Source of the DNA: Azolla caroliniana | Taxonomy: Eukaryota > Plantae > Polypodiophyta | Direction: 5' to 3' | DNA length: 64,000 nucleotides | Assembly (NCBI GenBank): GCA_043228905.1 | Contig: JBHGNT010000004.1 | Location: 13,330,001-13,394,000 of the forward strand | Part shown: in pieces, positions 1 through 11,252 of the stretch | Layout: each line of letters starts with the position of its first letter | Numbering within the stretch: position 1 is the first letter of the stretch | Notes under the pieces: model-generated | What the model was told of the DNA's origin: nothing | Databases searched by the model: none | The model's input: the letters and a program-made list of their open reading frames with translations, nothing else | Made by a program: the position numbers and the translations under genes

Positions 1-897
1 AGTTGTCGAAGAAGGAGTACACATTACTCATTGCAGATATTACATATGGCTTCTGTATGGTTGGATCTTCTTACAATGATAGACCATTTAGGTTCAAACA
101 ATTGGAGAAAATGGTGAAGGATTCCGTGGAGTTGACCACATCGAGTTTGTGGAGAATAATGGTCTTTCATAGTATGCACCAAGAATATTTTGTTGCTCAA
201 GCTTTGAGATCTCGTTGTCATGGTGTAGAGAACCTTGCTTGGTAAGGCTTATACAAAGACTAATTCAATTTTGGTTGCATTTCAATTATTGTTAGTTTAT
301 GTAACTACTATTGGAATCTGTGTCTTTTGGTTTCTTTTTGTAATTTATAGGATCAAAACCAACATTAATAGAGGACTGACCTTTCGGTTTGTCAATTCTA
401 TTGAATATATAATTGTTGGTTATTATGATGAAATAAAGAAGCAAAGGATTAAGGAACATTCAAATCAGGTTAGAGGTTCAAATTTGTTAGTGTACACAAC
501 ATTTACGCGAAAATCGCAACGACTGAATGTGGCCTAATCAATCCTTACCAAAAGCTCCAATGACTTATGATGCACCTTACCGAAATGTTCTTTAATGAAG
601 GAGATTGGATTTTAGATTTGTTTTCTAGCACCGGTATTTTCTTAGACTAATTGAAGCTATGATCTTATTATTTTTGTGATAGGTACAACATATGCATGCA
701 CCTTGAAACTATTTTAGAATACACTTGCATTAGAGAAGGACGAGGCACAAGTGTGGTTCATTAATATGCAGAGATGGGAGTGCCCAAATCAAGATGAGGA
801 GTTAGGGTCAAAGCATATCGCGAATACGGAATGGTTTCACGTTGCCTCTCGCAATGTAATGAATTTTGTATTTTATAAAAAACATTGTAAAGTTTGA
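1..897 (+). pseudogene. Intron-containing beta-class N6-adenine/N4-cytosine DNA methyltransferase-like pseudogene (5' part lies outside the window)
   Basis: Splicing GT-AG introns 242-350 and 634-682 gives LLIADITYG (motif IV, DPPY-like) ... LAW|IKTNINRGLTFRFVNSIEYIIVGYY ... (frameshift ~510) INPYQKLQ*LMMHLTEMFFNEGDWILDLFSST|GTTYAC...NTLALEKD. This resembles HPTQKPxxL...GDxVLDPFxGSGTT...GxE. There are two in-frame stops and one frameshift. Confidence 0.8.
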
Positions 898-1158
898 TTC
901 CATGTTTACATTGTTTCTTTAAATATGTCTACCGATGTTTATATTGTTACATTTGTGTTGTTGCTATCGACGTTATAACATTACTAAGCTCTACCAAGCT
1001 ATATGTTTTAATCGATGTATTTGTTATAATCATTTTAATCTAAGATTCACTTTTGATCATCGAATATGTTCTACAATTTGGACCCACCTTACTTTTGGGT
1101 GTGTGACCATACTGAGTGTCCAAATGTATCCTATATGTGATACGTGTGTATGGATGTC

Positions 1159-1240
1159 CTCTCTCATAGGTGTGTATTGGGGAAACTCTCTCATGGGTGT
1201 GTATTGGGGAAACTCTCTCATGGGTGTGTATGTCGGGCAA
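1159..1240. repeat. 27-bp tandem repeat, ~3 copies
   Basis: CTCTCTCATGGGTGTGTATTGGGGAAA units start at 1159, 1186 and 1213. Confidence 0.9.
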
Positions 1241-1689
1241 CATTCAGTAAGTATTAGAGTGCATAACACATAATCACTAACTATAGCTATCAATTCCATT
1301 TCTTCTCCCTACACCTCTGCACGATGGTTAAACCTGGAGATCAATTGTTGTATAGACCATGTTCATAGTTTGTAATTTAACTACGTTATATGTCCAAAGA
1401 TCATGATTTTCTCAACATTTTAACCAACTTTGCAAATTGCATCATACAATCTGAAAGTTTAACTATTGTCAATTGAATAAAGAATTGTCATATGATATAA
1501 TTTTAAATCAGTTTCGTATTTGGAGATCATCAACTTTAACAATGTTAAAAGAAATACATGTTTTTTACTTTGGAACTTGTTAAATATTAATAATTTAGCA
1601 AATTCTATATGGGTTGACGCACATGTGACACTGGTGTAACAAGTTTCTATATATTCCATAAATTTGCACACTTGTGAAAGGAATCTAAA

Positions 1690-2188
1690 AGTGGAATGCG
1701 TGATCCTTCCACTTCGGAACGAGAACAGGTTTTTGGCACAACTGAATGTTTCGGCTCTAGACCATCCGACCCAGACACCCGATCAGGTTGGCCTAGTCAT
1801 ACGAAGAAGAATATTCTTCATGCACGATGGTGAACCGACATCATACAAAGAAACATCAACATCAACCGATTGAGCAAGATGGCATCTGGGCATGAAGTCA
1901 AAGATGAACTCCATTGGGCACAATAAGACTTGGGACCTGGTTAACCTTCCGAAAAATCAATGTGCTCTTCCGTGCAAGTGGTCTATAGACTAAAAGAGAC
2001 ATCTGATTTGGCCACCCCAAAATTCAAGGCTATATAGCGATTGATTTCGACGAAATCTTTTCACAAGTGGTGAAAATGACCGACCCTTCACTTCTTGCTC
2101 AACGCCGTGGCAATCGAAGATTTGGAGCTGATGCGGCTAGATGTCAAAATGACATTCCTCCATGGTGACCTAGAGGAGGAGATTTATA
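1690..2188 (+). mobile_element. Degenerate Ty1/copia RT fragment
   Basis: DGEPTSYKE...HNKTWDLVNLP...PCKW...DVKMTFLHGDLEEEIY, with stops and frameshifts; ends abruptly at ~2188. Confidence 0.85.
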
Positions 2189-2189
2189 T

Positions 2190-4066
2190 CCATATTACAC
2201 TAACCCCCCCTCCCCCCCTTTCTTCCTAACACAAAAACCCCCAAATTTTATTCTAACACTCCCTCACATAAAAACTATAAACACTATAAAAATACATCAA
2301 AACCTTGTCCTCCCCCAAAACCATTAGGAGACCCACAACCTAGTAGACCAAAAAACGGTTAGCCAAGTGTGCTAAACGCGTTAACAAACGATTTAGACAT
2401 GTCATACACCCTAGCCAACGTTTACTCTACCTACTTAATAGCTCCCCCTCCACCCAAGACACATATATGTGGTTTGGTGGAAAACAGAAACTATTTCCCT
2501 TCCTTCCACACCCCAAATCCTGAAATAGAAAACCTAGAACCAACTTCTGGAAACCTCTTACTAGTACACAAGTAATTGATAGTAAAATCCATAACCTCAC
2601 TAAAAATGAAACACGATTGCTGAACCTAGGCCTTAAGTATATCCAACCATCCCCAACTCCCTCCCCCAACAATATCCTAAAAGAATTCACCCATCTCTCT
2701 AGATCCCTCAAGCTAAAACATTTTTTTAGAAATACACCTTCACTTCCTCTCAACCCCTTCAAACTACCTAACCGTAGTTGGATGCCACCCATAGAATATC
2801 CACCCCTAGTCTCCATAATAGAAAAACACCAACACATCCTTAACCAAATAGCACACAACACTAAGCCCATAAACACTAGAATCCCATACCACCTCTCTAG
2901 AGCCTTTAAAAGCCTCCAACACAACAAACACATTATCATCCTCCCAACCGATAAAAATATGGGAGTATGTGTTCTAGATAAAGACACATATTACACCAAA
3001 GCCATAGAACACCTCTCAAATTCTACCAAAGCCATAGAACACCTATGGGTTTTTGACCCATTTGTTCATATAATAACTCCTTATTTGAACAAACATTGAA
3101 GTGGTTACACCACCAACTTCTACCAATCCTCCTTCTCCAACCACAGTATCTAAAAGACTCTCACACACTAATCTAATCACTAGAAAACCTACACCCACCA
3201 TCTAATAGTTTCTTATTCACGTTTGACATTGAATCTCTCTATCCTAGTATCCCCCCTAAGCTAGGACTCCAAGCCCTATGTAGTCTAATCACCCCCGGGC
3301 CCCCACTTTTCCCCTTCGAAAACTAATCTCATCTATACCCTTAGTGCCCTTGTTTTTTAATATCACTCTCACTTTCGATGGCGTAGTTTACCAACAAATA
3401 AAAGGTACGGCCGTGCATGGGTAGCAACTTTTCAGTAGTATATGCATGCCTCTTTTTAGTATATCTCAAAAACTTACAACCATCGCCCCTCCATCTCTTC
3501 TACTTCACCCGTTATATTGATGATGCATTTGAGGTCTGGACAGGCACCAAATCTCAACTTTTAGAATATCTTAACTTTTACCCTTTACACACAAATAACT
3601 CCATCAAGCTTACTATTCAAACTTCCCCCTTTAGGCTACCTTTTTTAGACATATGGATCAACCTCGAAAACTCATCTTTTTCATTCAATTGTTTTCAAAA
3701 ACCTTTCAATTCATACCAATACTTGCCTTTTTCATCGGATCATCCTTCCCATACAAAACAACACTTTATCACTAATGAAGTGAGGAGATATCTCATTAGG
3801 GAAAGCACCCCATTAGGTTTCTACCAAATGAAAAAACTTTTTTTCAATAGACTAGTTAACCGTGGTTACCCTCCGTCCTTTATACTAAAATGCTATAAGC
3901 AAATACCTTTTAATCTTAGAAAAACACTCCTATATCAACCCAAAACTACTACTTCCCTTAACCCCACAATCTTTAAACTTAGATACACCAAACATACCCC
4001 AAAACTAGGCATTCATAGTTTTCTAAAAAATCTCTATAATGGCTTAATGTTAGATCCCGAGCTTAC
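2190..4066 (+). mobile_element. Penelope-like retroelement (PLE), 5' part with RT domain (degenerate)
   Basis: PLE-type RT motifs LLNLGLKY, LPTDKNMGVCVLDK, FTFDIESLYPSIP, QIKGTA-MGSNFS, YFTRYIDDAF, LPFLDI, QKPFNSYQYLPFSSDHP; strongly C/A-rich coding strand. Boundaries approximate. Confidence 0.85.
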
Positions 4067-4445
4067 TGTTAGGAAACAGGTCCCTCCGAATGGGAAGTGA
4101 GAAGAACAGTGTTGATGAGCAACTCAGTCGAGGCCGAAACCGGATGACGAGTACCCGGCAACGGAAGACCTGATGAGAACCGGATGACGAGTACTCGGCA
4201 ACGAAAGACCCGGTGAGAACCGGATGACGAGTACCCGGCAAGGTAGACCCGGTGAGAACCGGATGTTGTAGGCCCGGTGAGAACCTCTCATCGGATGGAA
4301 GGGACATATATGTAAATATGTTCCAGAGAGCCCACTAGGGCTATATTTGTAAATAGCCCGAAAGTCATATTAGTATAAATATGACCTAGGGCAAACTTAA
4401 TAATGATGATGATAGAGTTATTGGTGTAACTCCTGTATAGTGCGT

Positions 4446-4484
<39 letters not shown>

Positions 4485-7400
4485 CATACAGTGATCGTGT
4501 CTCTGTTGTAACCGTCGCGAGGCGAAGATTGTGAGCAAGAGGTCGTTTCCTCAGTGCTCCCTGTTGTATTACTTTACATAGTGATAGTTTGGAGTCTGTG
4601 GACTCCTGTGGTTTTTCCCTCTCAGGGTTTTCCACGTTAATATCCTGTGTATTCTCTTTTTCTTGTTCGTGCACTTACCTCCATTCCCATTTCTTCTGTG
4701 TTCGATTGTTATCAAGTGATTTACCCTTCGGTTGTCACCGGAGATTATTCCGCGTTTTCCACGTCAAATTGGTATCAGACCAAAACCAACACAGAAAAAT
4801 GGACGATTCGTTGGGAGGCATGTTCAAACTCACCGGCTCCAACTATTCCGTGTGGAAGTCGAAGATGAGGGACATGCTCGTGGTTAAAGATCTTTGGTTG
4901 CCGATTCAGTTCGAGAACAAGAGACCGGACAAAATTGATGCCACGATATGGGAGGTGATGCACATGAAGACAACGGCGTACATATGGTGCTTCATTGACA
5001 TGAGTCTATACAACAACTTCAATGAAGAGAGCAAGGTTCATGAGCTCTGGGAGAAGATCAGCATTATGTTTCAGAACAAAAATGTTGTTCATCAAGTTTC
5101 GGTATTTCGGAAGCTAGTAAGACTCCGGTACCAAGATGGCTCCAGCATGGCGGAGCACATGAATGCCTTCCAGGGGCTGATCCACCAGGCAACATCATTG
5201 GAAGTACCTCTCACCGATGAGGTACTAGCACTACTCCTACTTGGTTCCCTCCCAGATAGCTGGGAGACGTTGGTTGTCACTTTGGGCAACGCCGGGCCGG
5301 AAGGGAAACGGTTATCCCTAGCAAGAGTGAAGTCGAGCTTGCTAGATGAGGAGGTGCGTCGGAAAGATAAGGATACGAGCTCTGACTCCAAAGCGCTCCT
5401 TACCGAATCGGAACGCGGAAGACAAAGGAACCGTAGTCCCCAGAACAGGGAGAAGTTGGGGACACGATCAAAGTCAATGGGGAGGGCTACCTGCTTCTAT
5501 TGCGGCAAGCCGAGACACTTCCAAAAGAACTCTCGGCACTTCCGAAAAGACAAGGAAACCGACGATACTGATTCGAAGTGGACACCGGACCGGAATGGTA
5601 AAGACCGGAGGGGAACGGACCAGAAGGGAACGACGGCAATCGTGGCAAGTGAGGAAGAGTTTATGCTCATCACCGAGGAGAGTGAGTTGAACCTTGCCGG
5701 CGACGAGACAACGTGGGTTGTTGATTCCGGAGCGTCGTTCCACCTTACCCCGGACCGTAAATACTTCTCATCCTACACAGTCGGTGATCACGGTTGTGTC
5801 CGGATGGGGAATGAAGGTACATGCCGAATTGTTGGCATAGGAGACGTGTGGTTGACAACACCAACCGGATGCAAGCTGCTGCTGAAGGATGGCCGACACG
5901 TTCCAGAGGTTCGACTAAACCTGATATCAGCCGGTTGGCTAGATGATGAAGGCTACACGGGTAGCATCTGGAATGGAGTCATGAAATTCAGCAAAGGGAG
6001 CCTGATAGTGGCTCAGGCCCGAAAGGTCAACACGTTGTACCTGATGAATGCTCGGTTATGCCCAGAAGAAGTGAATGTGGCTTCCGACACTACCGGTGAG
6101 TTGTGGCACAAGAGGTTGTGTCACATGAGTGAGAAGGGGATGAAGAGCAGACGACAACCTCATTCCAATAAAGAATGTGCACTTGGAGAAGTGCACTTAT
6201 TGTCTAGCCAGTAAGCAAAACCGGACCTCCTTCCGACCAAGGCCACCGATGAGACGTAATGCACCACCGGAGTTGGTGCATACTGATGTGTGTCAAGTGG
6301 ACATGAAGTCACATGCCGAATCGCAGTACTTCGTGACGTTCATAGATGACCACAGCCGGAAGCTGTGGGCCACACCGTTGAAGACGAAGGATCAGGTGTT
6401 ATCCATCTTCAACGAACTCCACGCGAGAGTGGAAAGAGAAACCGGTCGGAAGCTGAAGGCGGTTCGAGTAGATAACGGAGGAGAATACCGGGGGCAGTTC
6501 GAGGTGTACTGCCGCTTGAAGGGAATCCGGCTCGAATTTACCATGCCGAAGACGCCGGAACTAAATGGTCTGGCCGAGAGGATGAACCAGACCATAATGG
6601 AGAGGGTCCGGAGTATGTTGGCACATGCAAATCTACCCAAGAAGTTTTGGGTTGAGGCACTGTCGAAGGCGACATATGTGATAAACAGATCACCCTCAGT
6701 ACCCTTGGATAGAGACACGCCACAGAGAGTCTGGACCAGTAAGGAAGTGTCCTACCGGCATCTGAAGGTATTCGGGTGTCTTGTGTATGTGCATGTAGCT
6801 AAGGACCGGAGATGAGAATTAGATCCGAAGACCCGGCCATGCATATTCCTCAGTTACGGTTACGATGAGTTCGGCTACCGAGTGTGGGACCTGGCTGACA
6901 AGAAGGTATTCCGGAGTCGAGATATTATCTTCATGGAGGACAAGACGCGCGCCGACTGGGAGTCGGAGAAGAAGATAATGAACTCTGAGTCGACCAGTAA
7001 GGATCGATTCTACGATGAGCAGACCCAACCGGCAAGAGACCAGTTAGCACTCGATGAACCAGCCGGTGACGGTAAGGAGACAAGACAGGTCGAAGAAGAA
7101 GGAATAGGTGAAACCGGAACCGGCCAAGACCTTGAATCGGATTCGGATGAAGAACAAATAGAGGAGCCGGTTGTCGAAAGTCAAAGACGGAGATATCCTC
7201 TCAGAGAGAGAAGGGCCCCCCAGAGATTTCCAAATGCAGAGCATGTGCTGCTAACCGATGAGGGGGAGCTAGAAAGCTTCGAGGAAGCTAAAAGTGACGC
7301 CCATAGCCGCAAATGGTTAAGTGCCATGTAGGATGAGATGGATTCCCTGCATGAGAACCATACGTACGTATTGGTGGAGTTGCCGAAAGGAAAGCGGGCA

Positions 7401-9168
7401 CTCCGAAACAAGTGGGTGTACAAGTTGAAACCAAGAGATGCTGACAACCCCCCGAGATACAAAGCCAGGATCGTGATGAAGGGGTTCTAGCAGAAGAAGG
7501 GCGTGGACTTCGACGAGATATTTGCCCCAGTAGTAAAGATGACCTCCATCCGGACGGTGCTGAGTATAGCGGCAAGCATGGACCTCGAGGTAGAGCAACT
7601 AGACGTGAAGACGACATTCCTTCACGGTGACCTCGAAGAGGAGTTCTACATGCAGCAACCGGAAGGATTCGTGGAGAAAGGGAAGGAGCACCTGGTTTGC
7701 CGGTTGAAGAAGAGCCTGTACGGAGTGAAGCAGGCTCCCCGACAATGGTACCGGAAGTTCGACTCCTTCATGACCGATTAAGGGTACCACAAGACGCAGG
7801 CCGATCACTGTGTGTTTGTGAAGAAGTTCGAAGGAGGCGACTTCCTGATACTCCTTCTATACGTGGACGACATGTTGATCATTGGACGGGACCAAGCCAA
7901 AATACGGATGCTGAAGAAAGCTCTCAACCGAACTTTCGCAATGAAAGACTTGGGTCCGGCAAGACAGATGTTGGGGATGCATATCATCCGGGACCGGCCA
8001 ACGAAGCAATTGTGGCTGTCACAAGAGAAATACGTGACAAAGGTGCTTCAGTGGTTCAACATGTTAGAAGCAAAACCGATCAGATCGACACTCCCAGCAA
8101 ACTGCAGACTATCCGATAAGCAAAGTCCGAAGACGAAAGCAGAGAAGACGGATATGATAAAGGTGCCATATGCCTCTACCGTTGGGAGCTTAATGTACGC
8201 AATGGTGTGTACTCGACCGGATATTGGATACGCAGTCGGAGTGGTGAGCCGGTTTATGAGCAATCCCGGCAACGAGCGCTAGAACGCGGTCAAATGGATA
8301 CTCTGGCACTTGAAGGGCACTTCGAATTTGTGTCTCCGATTCGGCTCCGATAAACCTCAACTTGACAGTTTTACCGATTCGGACATGTCAGCTGATGTGG
8401 ATACCAGCCGGTCTACATCCGGGTATATAATGACATATGCAGGGGGAGCTGTTTCGTGGCAGTCGAAGCTGCAGAAGACGGTTGCGTTGTCAACCACGGA
8501 GGCGGAGTACATGGCGGTTGTGGAAGCCGGCAAGGAAATATTATGGATGAAGGACTTCATCGGTGAGCTCGGTATCCAGCAAGATGAATACCGGCTCTAT
8601 TGCGATAGTCAAAGTGCCATCCACCTTGCTAAGAACTTAGTGTACCATTCCAAGACGAAGCACATCCAGCGTAGGTATCACTGGATCCGGGAGCGAGTAG
8701 AAGATCGAGAGTTCGCGCTAACGAAGATCCACACGACCGAGAACGGGTCAAATATGTTGACCAAAGTACTGATACCCGACAAGTTGGATGCATGCCGGAA
8801 GCGGATCGGACTAGTAAGACATCCCATGCCGGAGTGAAGGGGGAGTTTGTTAGGAAACAAGTCCCTCCGAATGGGAAGTGAGAAGAACAATGTTGATGAG
8901 CAACACGGCCGAATACCCGGCAACGGAAGACCCGATGAGAACCGGATGACGAGTACTCGACAACGGAAGACCCGATGAGAACCGAATGTTGCAGGCCCGG
9001 TGAGAACCTCTAATCGGATGGAAGGGACATATATGTAAATATGTTCCAGAGAACCCACCAGGGCTATATTTGTAAATAACCCGAAAGTTATATTAGTATA
9101 AATATGACCTAGGGCAAACTTAATAATGATGATGATAGAGTTATTGGTGTAACTCCTGTACAGTGCGT

Positions 9169-9213
<45 letters not shown>

Positions 9214-9495
9214 CATACAGTGATCGTGTCTCTGTTGTAACCGTCGCGAGGCGAAGATTGTGAGCAAGAGGTCGTTTCCTCAGTGCTCCCTGTTGTATTA
9301 CTTTACATAGTGATAGTTTGGAGTCTGTGGACTCCTGTGGTTTTTCCCTCTCAGGGTTTTCCACGTTAATATCCTGTGTATTCTCTTTTTCTTGTTCGTG
9401 CACTTACCTCCATTCCCATTTCTTCTGTGTTCGATTGTTATCAAGTGATTTACCCTTCGGTTGTCACCGGAGATTATTCCGCGTTTTCCACGTCA
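4067..9495 (+). mobile_element. Full-length Ty1/copia LTR retrotransposon (ORF disrupted) inserted in the PLE
   Basis: LTRs 4067-4766 and 8848-9495 (TG...CA); TSD CTTAC at 4062-4066 and 9496-9500; PBS TGGTATCAGA ~4770; PPT GAAGGGGGAG ~8836; gag, protease (WVVDSGASFH), integrase, RT (YVDDM) and RNaseH with several stops and frameshifts. Confidence 0.97.
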
Positions 9496-9559
9496 CTTAC
9501 TAGCATCTCACACCCCTTCATATGTTGGACAAAATCGAAGTCCATACATGCCCTCCTAG

Positions 9560-9762
9560 TTAAGACTAAGTTTTCAAAAAATTCATTGAAATCCCCCACT
9601 TAAAACTAAGTTTTCAAACAATCCACCCAAATCCCCCACTTACGCCTAAATTTTCAAACAATCCACCCAAATCCCCCACTTAAGACTAATTTTCAAACAA
9701 TCCACCCAAATCCCCCATTTAACACTAAGTTTTCAAATAATTCACCCACATCCCCCACTTAA
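9560..9762. repeat. 40-bp tandem repeat, ~5 copies
   Basis: TTAAGACTAAGTTTTCAAACAATCCACCCAAATCCCCCAC-like units at ~9560, 9600, 9640, 9680 and 9719. Confidence 0.92.
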
Positions 9763-10003
9763 TATTATACCGCCATCCTAAATCCCCCTTTTTCATCACA
9801 TTAAGAACTCCCCCCTCACCATCATTATACTCATTCCTCTCTCACTGCCTATCACTTTCATACACACATTTCTCTCTCTCTCTCTCTCTCATCACCACAT
9901 CCTATTATATCTCATCTACTACACAAATCAAATCCTCCCCACTCCTTTTCTCTCACTCCCTCTTCCTTCCCACCCCTTTATTAATCACATTCTCTTGTTG
10001 TAA

Positions 10004-10058
10004 TGGTCTTTGCACTGAAGTGCTCCACTATGGAGTGAAACTAGTTTGCCTAAGACCA
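10004..10058 (+). ncRNA. Minimal type-I hammerhead-ribozyme-like motif (degenerate)
   Basis: TGGTCTT-TGCA-CTGAAG(T)-GCTCC-ACTAT-GGAGT-GAAA-CTAG-TT-TGC-CT-AAGACCA: stem I GGTCTT/AAGACC plus GCA/TGC, core CTGA and GAAA, stem II, palindromic stem III ACTAGT. Confidence 0.65.
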
Positions 10059-11252
10059 CCACCCTCTTTGAATCAAAACATCTCTCTCTCTCTCTCTCAT
10101 TAGTGTTTGTTGCCTACTTTCTATTGTTTAGCTTAAGCACCCTCTAATTGTTGTATGCCTACCCCTACGCACTCCTTGTTCCGACCATTTGGTCCTAGTA
10201 AGCTCCCCTTTCTCCTCTACTCCCTAGTCCAAGACCCCCGCGGTCCCGCCTAAGATCCTACACGTACCCGCGGAATACCGCGACAGCATGGATTTGGTTC
10301 TCGATCCAATTTGGGCCTAGTCGATCGGTCTTCACCCGATCCGGCTCATGTTGAGCTTGCTTCTCAACACTCCCCCTCAAGCTCAACTTGAGGTTCCATG
10401 TCTTCTGTCGGTTCCTTGCCTCGGCTTCTCCTGGCATCTTCACGCCTTGCTCCCACTCCTCGACCTCTACAATCAACGTGTCTGCTCGTAAGGCCCTTCA
10501 CTTCATTTGGATCGTCCGAGTCGAACCACTCAACCGAATCAGTTGTCTCTGATTCATCATCCGTCTTCAGACCCTTGACCACATCCAACCATGTCTTGGT
10601 CCTGGCCTCTTTCTTTTGGTCGGCTCTGTCCTTCTTGACTTTGCCTCCTTTGACACTTGTTTTTTCTCTATCGGATGTATTGACTTCTTCCGTCAATTCG
10701 GCATCTTGTTCGGTTTCGGTTTTCTCCTATTTCTCTACCAGTTCTCCTCTTCAAGTGTGGCACATCGAGATGTTGTAAGCCAAGCATCTCCAAAAAGTGT
10801 TGCAACTTGTCCAATCTAAGCACTTTGGTGAAGATGTCCGCCACCTGCCGATCAGTTCGAATATATCGAAGTTCGACTTCTCCGCTCAGGGCCCCCTCGC
10901 GCACAAAGTGATAATGCACTTCTATGTGCTTTGTGCGAGCATGGAACACAGGGTTCTTGACTAGTTGCATGCTACTGATATTGTCACTATAAATTGGGAT
11001 CGGAGTCGAAACTTCGATCCGTAAGTCTTGCAACAACCGCCGAAGCCATATAGTTTCACATGTAGCGACGGCGGCGCCTTGATACTTAGCTTCGGTGCTC
11101 GACAAAGCCACAGTCTATCAGTTGCTTCTTGCTGCTCCATGCAATAGCCGCGCTTTTGAGAGAAAACATGAACCCTGATGTTGATCGACGATCGGACGCA
11201 TCATCGGCCCAGTTGGCATCAGTATAGCTGACTAACTATTCAGCTATACCAT

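Larger units (their letters stand above)
9496..10260 (+). mobile_element. PLE 3' part: end of RT ORF and 3' region
   Basis: Removing the copia restores ...DPELTSISHPFICWTKSKSIHALLVKTKFSKNSLKSPT* (stop 9601-9603), followed by tandem repeats, C-rich sequence and a ribozyme-like motif. Confidence 0.8.

Noticed and set aside
1-897. Bacterial contamination as the source of the methyltransferase motifs
   Set aside because: The motifs are split by GT-AG introns with pyrimidine-rich acceptors and are contiguous with plant retrotransposons.
1159-1240. CRISPR-like appearance of short direct repeats (also 9560-9762 and 45175-45348)
   Set aside because: Units are head-to-tail with no unique spacers, in a eukaryotic context with no cas genes.
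4160-4215. CTGATGA...CGAAA hammerhead-like words in the copia 5' LTR
   Set aside because: Sibling repeat units and the 3' LTR read CCGATGA and CGGAAG, and no convincing stems form; chance variants.
8678-9403. 241-aa minus-strand ORF (and its twin at 4288-4674)
   Set aside because: Antisense reading of the LTR through an (AG)n microsatellite; no protein motifs.
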